DNA of 64,000 bases from Verrucomicrobiia bacterium (GTDB lineage Bacteria; Acidobacteriota; Terriglobia; Terriglobales; Acidobacteriaceae). The stretch lies in assembly GCA_035567035.1 (NCBI GenBank), contig DATMPO010000092.1, positions 15,168-79,167 of the forward strand, written 5' to 3'. A program made the position numbers and the translations under genes. The notes under the pieces are model-generated. The model made no database searches, had not been told where the DNA came from, and worked only from the letters and a program-made list of their open reading frames with translations. Every line of letters begins with the position of its first letter. Position 1 is the first letter of the stretch. This document shows, in pieces, positions 9,294 to 18,521 of the stretch.

Positions 9294-11402
9294 ATGTCTG
9301 TAGCTCTATTGCTTAGAGGTTTGCATCGCACGACTATATTCGCAGTTTGCTTGTCACTTTCCATGATGGGGCAGCAGGCGGGCGCACAACTCCAGCCGGT
9401 TTCCGCTCCCTCCGACCCGGGGGCCAGCACCGCTGCGCAGAGCGGAACACAATCACAAACACCGGCTCCATTGCCGAGTGCGCCGGAGCCAAAAGCGTCG
9501 TCTTCGGACAAACCGCTGAATGGCGAGAAGGGCGTGGGGTATTTCCCCAACCCCCTGGCGCCCTACCGTCCTCAGCTTGCACCGGCGGCAGTACTTACGA
9601 GTCTGCCGAAACTCGAAAGCATGATCCAGAACGGCAAGATCATGTTGTCCATGAACGATGCCGTCGCGCTGGCCCTTGCCGACAACCTGGACATCGCGAT
9701 AGCGCGCTATAACCTTCCGATCGCGGACACCGACCTCCTGCGGACAAAAGCCGGATCTTCCACCTTCGGTGCGCCCAGCGGACTTGTGACGGGCACTCCT
9801 GGCGGAGGCGGCATCGCTGCAACAGCAGTGGGCGGCTCCACTGCCGGGGCAGCCGGTGTGGGCGCGGGCGCCAGCGGCGTGGTCCAGTCCAGCCTGGGCG
9901 CCGGCCCTAATCTTGATTCCCGCGACCCTGACCTGAGGGGTGCCCTGAATTTCGAGCATGCGGTTGTACCCTCGAGTAATACCTTCCTTACTGGCGGTGC
10001 GGCATCCACGTTACAGAACACAACCACCGCGAACTTCACATACACTCAGGGTTTTGCTCCTGGTACGCTGCTGACGGTTACATACGATAACCTGCGGCAA
10101 GCCACGAACTTCCTGACCTTGAGCCCGCAATTGCAGCAGACCTTCCGTGTTTCAGTCCGGCAACATCTCTTGCAGGGCTTCGGGATGGCCCCCAACCAAC
10201 GCTTCATCGTCATCGCAAAGAACGACAAGAGAATCACGGAAGAAGGCTTTCGCCAGCAGATCATCTCCACCGTGGCCCAAATCCAGGACATCTACTGGGA
10301 CCTGGTTGCCGCGTTCGAAGACGTAAAAGTAAAGGAGCAGTCGCTGGCCCTGTCCCAGAAGACGCTCTCCGACAACAAGAAGCAGGTGGAGATTGGCACG
10401 CTTGCGCCGATTGAGATTGTGCGCGCCCAGAGCCAGGTGGCCCTGGACGAGCAAAACCTGCTTACCGCGCAGACCACCCTGGAACTCCAGCAACTCTTCA
10501 TCAAGAACGCGATCACTCGCGACATGAAGCCCGGTTCGCTGCTCATGGAAGCCCAGGTAGTCCCCACCGACACAGTCGTGGTCCCGGAACAGGAAGCACC
10601 CGTGAAGGTTGAAGACCTGATCCAGACGGCGCTGGCCAACCGTCCTGACTATAGGCAGCAGAAGATTCAGATGGAGAACCGCCTGATCAGCATCAAAGGC
10701 GCGAACAACGCCCTGCTGCCGACAGTGGATCTCATTGGTTTCTACGGCTCCGCTAGTCTCGCCGGTGATGTCCGGTTGCCGTGCGCGGTGATCGATCCGA
10801 TCAACGGGAATTTGCCGCGAGGATGTTCGCCCGGGGCCCCGCCGACCGGTTTCAGCCATGGATTCGGAAATTTGTTTAACTCCACGGCGCCGGACAAGGG
10901 CGTGGCCATTTCGATTGATATTCCGATTCGAAACCGCGCGGCACAGGCCACGCAGATACGCTCTCAGTTGGAATACCGGCAGGCGGAGCTGAGCATCAAG
11001 CAATTCGAAGGCGGGGTGGCCATCGTTGTCCGCAACGACCAGTTTGCTCTGGAGCAGGACCGGGCCCGTGTGGCTGCCGCGCGTGAAGCCATGCAACTGG
11101 CTGCCCAGACGCTGGATGCCGAACAGAAAAAGTACGCCCTGGGTGCTTCGACTTATTTCAATGTATTGTCCGACCAATCCGCTTTGGCGACGGCCGAGGA
11201 GAATGTGGTGTCCGCGGAAATCGCCTACGCCAAACAACGTGTACTCCTGGACCGCGACACAGGGCTGACGCTGGACCACAACAACATCAAGCTGGACGAG
11301 GCGCTTTCGGGCATCATCACGACGCAACCGAACGTGCCCGGCCTGGGCCGCAATACGTTCCTGGAACAGAAGCCCGGAGCGCCTCCCAAGCAGATGCACT
11401 AA
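9294..11402 (+). CDS. TolC-family outer-membrane efflux protein with long low-complexity N-terminal region
   Basis: 702 aa with signal peptide. Two OEP-type repeats (SMNDAVALALADNLDIAIARYN, LEYRQAELSIKQFE, AEIAYAKQRVLLD). Ala/Ser/Pro/Gln-rich first ~90 aa and a Gly/Ala-rich insert. Confidence 0.75.
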   Translation: MSVALLLRGLHRTTIFAVCLSLSMMGQQAGAQLQPVSAPSDPGASTAAQSGTQSQTPAPLPSAPEPKASSSDKPLNGEKGVGYFPNPLAPYRPQLAPAAVLTSLPKLESMIQNGKIMLSMNDAVALALADNLDIAIARYNLPIADTDLLRTKAGSSTFGAPSGLVTGTPGGGGIAATAVGGSTAGAAGVGAGASGVVQSSLGAGPNLDSRDPDLRGALNFEHAVVPSSNTFLTGGAASTLQNTTTANFTYTQGFAPGTLLTVTYDNLRQATNFLTLSPQLQQTFRVSVRQHLLQGFGMAPNQRFIVIAKNDKRITEEGFRQQIISTVAQIQDIYWDLVAAFEDVKVKEQSLALSQKTLSDNKKQVEIGTLAPIEIVRAQSQVALDEQNLLTAQTTLELQQLFIKNAITRDMKPGSLLMEAQVVPTDTVVVPEQEAPVKVEDLIQTALANRPDYRQQKIQMENRLISIKGANNALLPTVDLIGFYGSASLAGDVRLPCAVIDPINGNLPRGCSPGAPPTGFSHGFGNLFNSTAPDKGVAISIDIPIRNRAAQATQIRSQLEYRQAELSIKQFEGGVAIVVRNDQFALEQDRARVAAAREAMQLAAQTLDAEQKKYALGASTYFNVLSDQSALATAEENVVSAEIAYAKQRVLLDRDTGLTLDHNNIKLDEALSGIITTQPNVPGLGRNTFLEQKPGAPPKQMH

Positions 11403-11423
11403 GACCCGTTCCAAAAAACATCG

Positions 11424-11455
11424 CCCGGCTGGGCCAACCAGCCGGGTTTATTTTT
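11424..11455 (+). terminator. Rho-independent terminator after the TolC-like gene
   Basis: CCCGGCTGG-GCCAA-CCAGCCGGG perfect 9-bp stem followed by TTTATTTTT. Confidence 0.8.
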
Positions 11456-11488
11456 GCAAGCCGTTCCTGATCGGGTATCCTTCGGGGC

Positions 11489-12250
11489 ATGACTCTTTCC
11501 GTCTGCGTCATTACCCTGAACGAAGAGGCCAATATCGCCCGGACCCTCGAGAGCGTCAAGTCCATTGCTGACGAAATCATCGTCGTGGATTCCGGCAGCA
11601 CGGACCGCACTGTGGCCATTGCGGAATCCCACGGCGCGAGAGTTTTTGCCGAGCCATGGAAGGGGTTTGCGGCGCAGAAGAATTCCTGTCTGGCTAAGGC
11701 CAGGTATGATTGGATTCTTTCCCTCGATGCCGACGAAGAAGTCAGTCCGGCGCTGGCGGCCAGCATCCAGGATCTGCTCAAGTCCGGACAAGTTACGCCC
11801 CAATTTGCCGGCTACAGGATGGCGCGGAGAAACCTGTACCTCAATCGCTGGATCAGGCGAAGCGGATACTATCCCGACCGCAAACTGAGGCTGGTCCGGC
11901 GTGGCGCCGCCCAGTTCGAACTGCGCGCCGTGCATGAGGACATGAAAATGACTGGCGCAACCGGATTGCTGGCCGGCGATCTTATCCATCATGCCTACCC
12001 CACGCTGGAGAGCTTCGTGGAACATGCCAACCGTTACTCTTCGCTGGGCGCAGAAATGGTGGTTGCGGAACGAAAAGCCAGCTTCAGTATCATTGATATT
12101 CTGCTGCGGCCCATGATCCGTTTTGTCTATGGCTATTTCTTCCGGCTGGGTTTCCTCGACGGCCGAGAAGGCCTGCTGGTGCATCTGACACACGCTTCGT
12201 ACGTGAGTTGGAAATATGCCAAGGCCTGGGAGCGGTCCAGGAAGCGCTAG
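11489..12250 (+). CDS. Family 2 glycosyltransferase (LPS-core type)
   Basis: 253 aa. LSVCVITLNEEANIARTLESV, IVVDSGSTDRT and SLDADE motifs. Confidence 0.8.
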   Translation: MTLSVCVITLNEEANIARTLESVKSIADEIIVVDSGSTDRTVAIAESHGARVFAEPWKGFAAQKNSCLAKARYDWILSLDADEEVSPALAASIQDLLKSGQVTPQFAGYRMARRNLYLNRWIRRSGYYPDRKLRLVRRGAAQFELRAVHEDMKMTGATGLLAGDLIHHAYPTLESFVEHANRYSSLGAEMVVAERKASFSIIDILLRPMIRFVYGYFFRLGFLDGREGLLVHLTHASYVSWKYAKAWERSRKR

Positions 12251-12322
12251 ACGCCCGTTTTGTGCTATATATCTGCCGATCCACCGCAAGATAACGAGAT
12301 TCGGTTTCGAACGAGGAAGAAA

Positions 12323-14326
12323 ATGCGCCGCCTTCTGCTGATTGTCTTCTGCTTCTGTTGTATCGCTGCTGCTTTTGCACTGTCTGACGACAAAAAGGGC
12401 GACTTTAAGCCGGAACAAGCGTGGCTTCCCGTGACTCCGCAAGACTGGCAGGTGAAGGAGGTGCCATTCACTTCCGGCGCGCCGGCCATCCAGCTCTATT
12501 TCAGCTACTACAAGGACGACGATGGAAGATTTCTTTTCATCTATAGGCGGATCAAGGTGCTTACCGACGGCGGGAGAAAATACGCCGACGTTGAGATTGA
12601 GATCGCTCCTGAGGAATCGCTGAAACAGTTGGCTGGTCGTACGCTGCATCCTGATGGAACCATCGTCGAGTTCCAGGGCAAGCCATTCGAGAAGACATTG
12701 TTCAAGACAAGGGGCGTCAAGCGAGTAGCCAAAACTTTCGCGTTTCCGGAAGTGACCGTGGGCAGCATTCTGGAGTACCGCTATACGGTGGCGTTGCGCA
12801 GCGGCTGGGTGGATACGATTTCAACCTGGCCTGTTCAAAGCGAGTTGTTTACGGTGAAGGAGCACCTGCGGTTCCACCCGTTTCAGGGGCTGGTTTACGC
12901 CCCCTTGGAACGGGGTATGGTCTCCCACAAGTCGCGGGTTTCCTATGCGTACCTGAACTGGACCAATGCCAAGGTCCCGGAGAAAAAGCAAGGCAACCTG
13001 ATGGAATTGGAGTTGGAGAATGTTCCGGCGTTCCAGGGCGAAGAGTACATGCCTCCAGAAGACGACTTCAAGCCCCTCGTTGCGTTCTTCTACGGGGGAC
13101 GGGAAAGTGTTTCACCTGACCAATTCTGGCTGGAATGGCGGAAACAGATTACGGAATACCTGGAAAAATTCATTGGCAATTCCGGCGAAATACGCAGTCT
13201 GGCCGCTGAACTCACGCGCGGCGAAACTGACCCGGAAAAGAAGTTGCGTAAGTTATATGCCCGCACCCAGCAAATAAGAAACCTATCCTTCGAACGGCCG
13301 CGTACTGAAGAAGAAAGCAAGCGCGAAGGTCTGAAACAGAATACCAATGTTGTGGAAGAGCTGCAGCACGGATATGGCACCTCGGCGGAAATTGGCTGGT
13401 TCTTTGTGGCCCTGGCGCGGGCAGCGGGCTTTGAAGCGTATCCGCTCATGGTTTCCGACCGCAAGCAGATGTCTTTCCAAAAGATTGTCCTCTCGCTGGG
13501 GCAGTTGGATTCGCGCCCGGTTCTGGTGAAGGTGAATGGCCAGGATGTGGTGCTCGATCCGGGGACCAAGTACTGTCCCTATGGGCTGGTGCCGTGGATG
13601 CATACCTCCGCGACCGCATTGCGATTGGCCAAAACGGGCGATACATTCCTCCGGACACCGCCGCCACAAGTCTCCCTCACGCGTCGTACCGCGGCGCTTA
13701 CCCTGGCCGCCGATGGCTCGGCGAAAGGTGAGTTGAAGCTCGAACTCACGGGACAAGACGCGCTCCAACACAGGCTGGAGGCGCTCAACACGGACGAAGC
13801 AGGACGTCGCAAGAGTTTGGAAGACGAAGTCCAGGCATGGCTGCCCAACCAGACGGTTGCAAAACTGAAGGATTCGCAAGGCTGGACCGGGACGGACGAA
13901 CCGCTGGTCGCCACCTTTACTCTGGAGGTCCCAAGTTTTGCCAGTGTTACCGGCAAACGAATGCTGGCGCCGTCGTTTCTGTTTGCCACGTTCCAGAAAA
14001 ATATGTTCCGGTCGGCGGTGCGCAAATATCCAATCGTGTTTTCGTATCCTTTTTCTGAACAGGATGAGTTGATCATTACTTTGCCTGAGGGATACTCGGT
14101 GGAAGTTGCTCCGTATCGGCGCAAGGCTGGACTAGCCTATGCCGGTTACGAAACTGCGAGCTCGCTCGCGGGAAATCAATTAACCATCAAGCGCGCATTG
14201 CATGTGGACCGTCCGCAGATCCAGATTGAGGAATATTTCGAATTGAAAGAGTTTTTCGATATCGTCCAGAAAGGAGACGAAAGCCAGGCCGTGCTGTCCT
14301 CCGCTTCCGGGGAGCACAAGCGATAA
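12323..14326 (+). CDS. DUF3857 / transglutaminase-like / DUF3858 secreted protein, paralog 1 (catalytic Cys replaced by Ser)
   Basis: ATG 12323 (GAGGAAGA upstream) gives signal peptide MRRLLLIVFCFCCIAAAFA. DUF3857-type DWLPVTPQDWQVKEVP and YRRIKVLT. Core segment GYGTSAEIGWFFVALARAAGF aligns with YGDCKDKATVLSSMLAQIGV of paralog 4. Confidence 0.7.
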   Translation: MRRLLLIVFCFCCIAAAFALSDDKKGDFKPEQAWLPVTPQDWQVKEVPFTSGAPAIQLYFSYYKDDDGRFLFIYRRIKVLTDGGRKYADVEIEIAPEESLKQLAGRTLHPDGTIVEFQGKPFEKTLFKTRGVKRVAKTFAFPEVTVGSILEYRYTVALRSGWVDTISTWPVQSELFTVKEHLRFHPFQGLVYAPLERGMVSHKSRVSYAYLNWTNAKVPEKKQGNLMELELENVPAFQGEEYMPPEDDFKPLVAFFYGGRESVSPDQFWLEWRKQITEYLEKFIGNSGEIRSLAAELTRGETDPEKKLRKLYARTQQIRNLSFERPRTEEESKREGLKQNTNVVEELQHGYGTSAEIGWFFVALARAAGFEAYPLMVSDRKQMSFQKIVLSLGQLDSRPVLVKVNGQDVVLDPGTKYCPYGLVPWMHTSATALRLAKTGDTFLRTPPPQVSLTRRTAALTLAADGSAKGELKLELTGQDALQHRLEALNTDEAGRRKSLEDEVQAWLPNQTVAKLKDSQGWTGTDEPLVATFTLEVPSFASVTGKRMLAPSFLFATFQKNMFRSAVRKYPIVFSYPFSEQDELIITLPEGYSVEVAPYRRKAGLAYAGYETASSLAGNQLTIKRALHVDRPQIQIEEYFELKEFFDIVQKGDESQAVLSSASGEHKR

Positions 14327-14441
14327 GAGTTCGACGTCGATCCTGCAGTTTCAGATTCTTCTCTTTGCCTTCGTGTATATACTCTCTTGCAGTAACTTCC
14401 TGCCCAACACGCTTCATCGGCGCAGGAATTTCGGGAACGAG

Positions 14442-16412
14442 ATGATGCGCTGGCTCCGTTGGGTCGCTGTCTTTGTCTGTTTGCAGTCGTTCTGGTGCTT
14501 TGGACAACGGGAAGACTGGCTGCCCGTCACGGCGCAAGACTGGCAGGTAAAAGATGTGCCAGGAGACCCTGGGGCTCCTGCGATCCAGCTTTACTATGCC
14601 GACGCGCGGGATGACAGCCGGCAATACCAGTTCATTTACCGGCGGATAAAGATTCTGAACGACAAGGGCCAGCAGTATGCTGACGTGGCCATCCCGCTGC
14701 CGCCCTACGCGCACTTTATGGACCTCAGGGCGCGTATCGTTCATCCTGATGGCCGCATTACGGAGTTCTCCGGCAAACCATTTGAGAAGATCGCCAGCCA
14801 GACCCCTGACGCCAAGGCCGTGATTGAGACCTTCACGCTGCCCGAGGCGACTCCAGGCTGCATCATTGAGTACAAGTACCGCTATACGTGGGACACTTAC
14901 ATCGTGGGCAAGACCTGGGACCTTCAGCATGACTTGTACACCGTCCGGGAAGTGTTTTCGATCCGGCCGTTCACCGGCCCGCTCAACGGCACAAAACATT
15001 TTGAAGATGAGGCACAGCTGTCCTATGTCTATTCCAACCTGCCCGAGGGCGTGAAACCCAAGCAGACCGGAGCGGTTGTGGAACTTGAAGCCGCTCGCGT
15101 GCCTGCGTTTGCGCCTGAGGACTCCATGCCTCCGCAGGATAACTTCCGGCCGCGCGTGCGGTTTTTCTACGGAGGCCGCGAGATTGATTCTCCTGAATCT
15201 TTCTGGCGGGAACACGGCCGCGACTGGTTCGCGGAAGCGGAACGTTTCATCGGTAATCATCAGCAGATCAGGAATGCGGCCGCGGAAGCCGTGGGTGAAG
15301 AAAAAGGTTCGGAGCAGAAACTCAGGAAGCTCTACGCGCGCGCGCAACAGCTAAGAAACCTGAGTTTTGAACGCGTCCGCACGCGCGAAGAGGACAAGGC
15401 CGAGGACCTGAAAGCCAACAGAAGCGCACTAGATGTTCTGGACCGCGGCTACGGTACCGCATACGACATCGCTCTTTTCTTTGTCGCGCTGGCGCGTGCC
15501 GCCGGATTTGACGCTGATCTGCTGCGCGCTTCCAGCCGCAAGGACCACGTTTTTGATCGAAATTTTCTGTCAGCGGAGCAACTTGAAACGGGACTCGTCG
15601 TCGTGAAACTCAATGGCGCCGAAATATTTCTTGATCCCGGAACCCGATTCTGCCCGTTTGGGCTGGTGTACTGGACACACTCTTCGGTCCCTGCTCTCAA
15701 ACTCGCTCAGAATGGCGGCACATTTGTCGCGGTTCCCACCGCAAGTGCCGACAAGACAGTCAGCCGCCGCTCGGTGACGGCCGTCCTCGGAAGCGACGGT
15801 TCTCTGCAAGGCGAAATCGCGCTTGAACTTGAAGGCATGACGGCCCTGCAACTACGCCTGGATGCCCTGCAAAAGGACAACGCCGGACGGCTCAGCGCCC
15901 TCGGGGAAGCCCTGGGCGATTGGCGCACCCAACCGGGAAGCGTGAAGTTGCAGAGCGCAGAGGGATGGGAGCTCTCAGAGGGGCCCCTGCTTGCCCACTT
16001 CACTTTTGAGCTTCCTGGTCTTGCGCGAAAGAGTGGAAAACGTCTGCTTGTTCCGGCCACGGTGTTTCAGATGAGAGAAAGAACTGCGTTTGAACACGCG
16101 GAAAGAAAGTACCCTATCTACTTTCCTTATACGTTTGAGGAAATAGACAAAGTCGACATCCAGGCGCCGGATGGGTTCTCCGTGGAAACACTTCCCGCTG
16201 GCCAGGACGTGAAACTCGCTTCAACCCGCTTTGTCACCACCAGAGCGTCCCAGGTGGGCCATGTCAACGTAACTCGTGCCCTCGTAGTGAATTCCGTCTA
16301 CTTTCCTGTCGAGAACTACCGCGATCTCAAACAATTCTTCGATAAGCTGGGAGCCGCAGATGAAGAACAAATCGTCTTGCGGGAGGGCAAAGCGCGCAGC
16401 GCGCCGCGGTAA
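14442..16412 (+). CDS. DUF3857 / transglutaminase-like / DUF3858 secreted protein, paralog 2 (catalytic Cys replaced by Ala)
   Basis: ATG 14442 gives MMRWLRWVAVFVCLQSFWCFGQ. Collinear similarity to paralogs 1 and 3. Core GYGTAYDIALFFVALARAAGF. Confidence 0.7.
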   Translation: MMRWLRWVAVFVCLQSFWCFGQREDWLPVTAQDWQVKDVPGDPGAPAIQLYYADARDDSRQYQFIYRRIKILNDKGQQYADVAIPLPPYAHFMDLRARIVHPDGRITEFSGKPFEKIASQTPDAKAVIETFTLPEATPGCIIEYKYRYTWDTYIVGKTWDLQHDLYTVREVFSIRPFTGPLNGTKHFEDEAQLSYVYSNLPEGVKPKQTGAVVELEAARVPAFAPEDSMPPQDNFRPRVRFFYGGREIDSPESFWREHGRDWFAEAERFIGNHQQIRNAAAEAVGEEKGSEQKLRKLYARAQQLRNLSFERVRTREEDKAEDLKANRSALDVLDRGYGTAYDIALFFVALARAAGFDADLLRASSRKDHVFDRNFLSAEQLETGLVVVKLNGAEIFLDPGTRFCPFGLVYWTHSSVPALKLAQNGGTFVAVPTASADKTVSRRSVTAVLGSDGSLQGEIALELEGMTALQLRLDALQKDNAGRLSALGEALGDWRTQPGSVKLQSAEGWELSEGPLLAHFTFELPGLARKSGKRLLVPATVFQMRERTAFEHAERKYPIYFPYTFEEIDKVDIQAPDGFSVETLPAGQDVKLASTRFVTTRASQVGHVNVTRALVVNSVYFPVENYRDLKQFFDKLGAADEEQIVLREGKARSAPR

Positions 16413-16541
16413 GCGCAGAACGCGACTTCGCTGTACTGCGCCACAAAATGAAACCCTTGCTGGCGTCCAGTATCCTTTTAGTGTATACAGGTGGGAACAC
16501 TTTCCTCCGGCGGTACTACAAACTCTAATAGGGGTTCGCTC

Positions 16542-18521
16542 ATGCTCAAGCTTTCGTGGCTAGTCTGGCTGTTTTGTCTAGGGTCGTCAGCTTCAGTGTT
16601 GGGGCAAAAAGAGGACTGGCTGCCTATCACGCCGCAGGACCTGCAAGTAAAAGAAGTGCCCGGCGATCCGGGAGCAGATGCCATCCAGATGTACTACGCG
16701 GACTACATTAATGATAATGACCATTCGGAGTTCTACTATCACCGCATCAAGATACTCACAGAGAAAGGCCGGCAGCCAGGAGGCCCGGCTGATGTCGAAA
16801 TCATTCCGCCTTTCAGCATGCCGAGAATCAGCGATCTAAAGGCCCGTACCATCCATCCGGATGGCAGCATTGTCGAGTTTACCGGCAAGCCATTTGAAAA
16901 GACGGTGCTGAAAGGGCATGGCTTCAAGTTTCAGGCCAAGACGTTTACTTTTCCGGATGTGACCCCAGGCAGCATCATCGAATACAAGTACAAGCTGCGC
17001 GGCGAAGAAGGCTACCTCTCTACCATTAATTCCTGGACGATTCAGCACGGGCTGTTCACGGTCCGTGAACATCTCGTTTTTAAGGCTTCGGAAGTGCCGC
17101 TGGAAGGTGTAAGCGGCGGCACCAATGTGTCCTTTCTGAGCCGCAATTTGGACAAGAAGCCGACGATCAAGAACCATACCGTGGAACTGACAATGGAAAA
17201 CGTTCCCGCCTTTCAGCCCGAAAGCAATATGCCTCCTGAGGATGATTACAAACCGCAGGTACGGTTTTTCTATGGCGGCAGCGAGACGACTTCGGCTGAA
17301 AAATTCTGGCAGGAGCGCGGCAAACGCCTGAATGACGCTGTGAACCGCTTTATCGGGAACCACGGGGAAGTTCGGGATGCGGCGGTCGCGGCCATTGGGA
17401 CGGAGACGGATCCGGAAAAGAAGTTGCGCAAACTATACGCCCGCTCCCAGGAAATCAGGAACACCACCTACGAACGGGAGCGTTCCGAAGAAGAAAGGAA
17501 GAAAGAGCAGATCAAGCCGAATGAGAACGTGGGTGACGTACTCAAACGCGGATACGGAGACCGCGACGACATCACGCTGTTGCTGACTGCGATGGCGCGA
17601 GCTGCGGGAATGGATGCGTCCGTGTTTTATGTTTCCAGCCGCCAGGAGAGGTTTTTCAATAAGAATTTAATGGACCGCGGGCAGCTCGATTCCATGGTTG
17701 CTGTAGTCCAGTTGAATGGTAAGGACGTCTATCTGGATCCCGGCACCAAATTCTGTCCCTACGGCGAAATCCGGTGGTTCCGAACTGCAACTGCCGCGCT
17801 CAAGCCGGGCAAGGATGGCGGAACTTTTGTTCAGCTGCCGTCGGCCAGCCATCAGCAAGCGGTCACCTCCAGGACCGCGGACATGATGCTGGCCGAAGAT
17901 GGCTCCGTGCAGGGCACGGTCACCGTGCAATACAAGGGCAGCGAGGCTTTGGAGCACCGGCTTGATGCCATCAACACGGACGCAACCGGTCGCACGAAAG
18001 ACCTGGAAAATGAGATGAAGGGCTGGGTGCCGAATGGCGCTTTCGTAAAGTTGATTGACGCGCAAGGCTGGGAAGCCACCAACGACCCGTTGGTCGCGCA
18101 TTTCACCGTAAGTGTGCCGTCGTACGCTTCCTTGGCAGGGAAGAGGCTGCTCTTGCCTTCCTGTTTTTTTCAATCCCGGCAAAAAGACGCATTCAAGCAC
18201 CCCGAACGGAAGTATCCAGTCTATTTTCCCTACGCCTTTTCGGAACTTGACAAGGTGTCTGTCAAACTACCAGCTGGATATTCCCTGGAAGGCGTGCCTC
18301 CTGTGCAGGACGCCAGCCTGCCTTATGCTCGATACCAGAGCGTAACCAGGGTGGAAAACTCCCAGTTGATAACGCAACGCACTCTGCTTTTCAATGGGAT
18401 ATTCCTTCCCGTACAGGAGTATTCACAGATCAAGGATTTCTTCGGCAAAGTCCAGGCGGGCGATGAGCAGCAGGCAGTTTTACGGTCGGGAGGCAATGTC
18501 AATGCGCAAAAAGGCAACTAA
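16542..18521 (+). CDS. DUF3857 / transglutaminase-like / DUF3858 secreted protein, paralog 3 (catalytic Cys replaced by Arg)
   Basis: ATG 16542 gives MLKLSWLVWLFCLGSSASVLGQ. Core GYGDRDDITLLLTAMARAAGM. Confidence 0.7.
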   Translation: MLKLSWLVWLFCLGSSASVLGQKEDWLPITPQDLQVKEVPGDPGADAIQMYYADYINDNDHSEFYYHRIKILTEKGRQPGGPADVEIIPPFSMPRISDLKARTIHPDGSIVEFTGKPFEKTVLKGHGFKFQAKTFTFPDVTPGSIIEYKYKLRGEEGYLSTINSWTIQHGLFTVREHLVFKASEVPLEGVSGGTNVSFLSRNLDKKPTIKNHTVELTMENVPAFQPESNMPPEDDYKPQVRFFYGGSETTSAEKFWQERGKRLNDAVNRFIGNHGEVRDAAVAAIGTETDPEKKLRKLYARSQEIRNTTYERERSEEERKKEQIKPNENVGDVLKRGYGDRDDITLLLTAMARAAGMDASVFYVSSRQERFFNKNLMDRGQLDSMVAVVQLNGKDVYLDPGTKFCPYGEIRWFRTATAALKPGKDGGTFVQLPSASHQQAVTSRTADMMLAEDGSVQGTVTVQYKGSEALEHRLDAINTDATGRTKDLENEMKGWVPNGAFVKLIDAQGWEATNDPLVAHFTVSVPSYASLAGKRLLLPSCFFQSRQKDAFKHPERKYPVYFPYAFSELDKVSVKLPAGYSLEGVPPVQDASLPYARYQSVTRVENSQLITQRTLLFNGIFLPVQEYSQIKDFFGKVQAGDEQQAVLRSGGNVNAQKGN

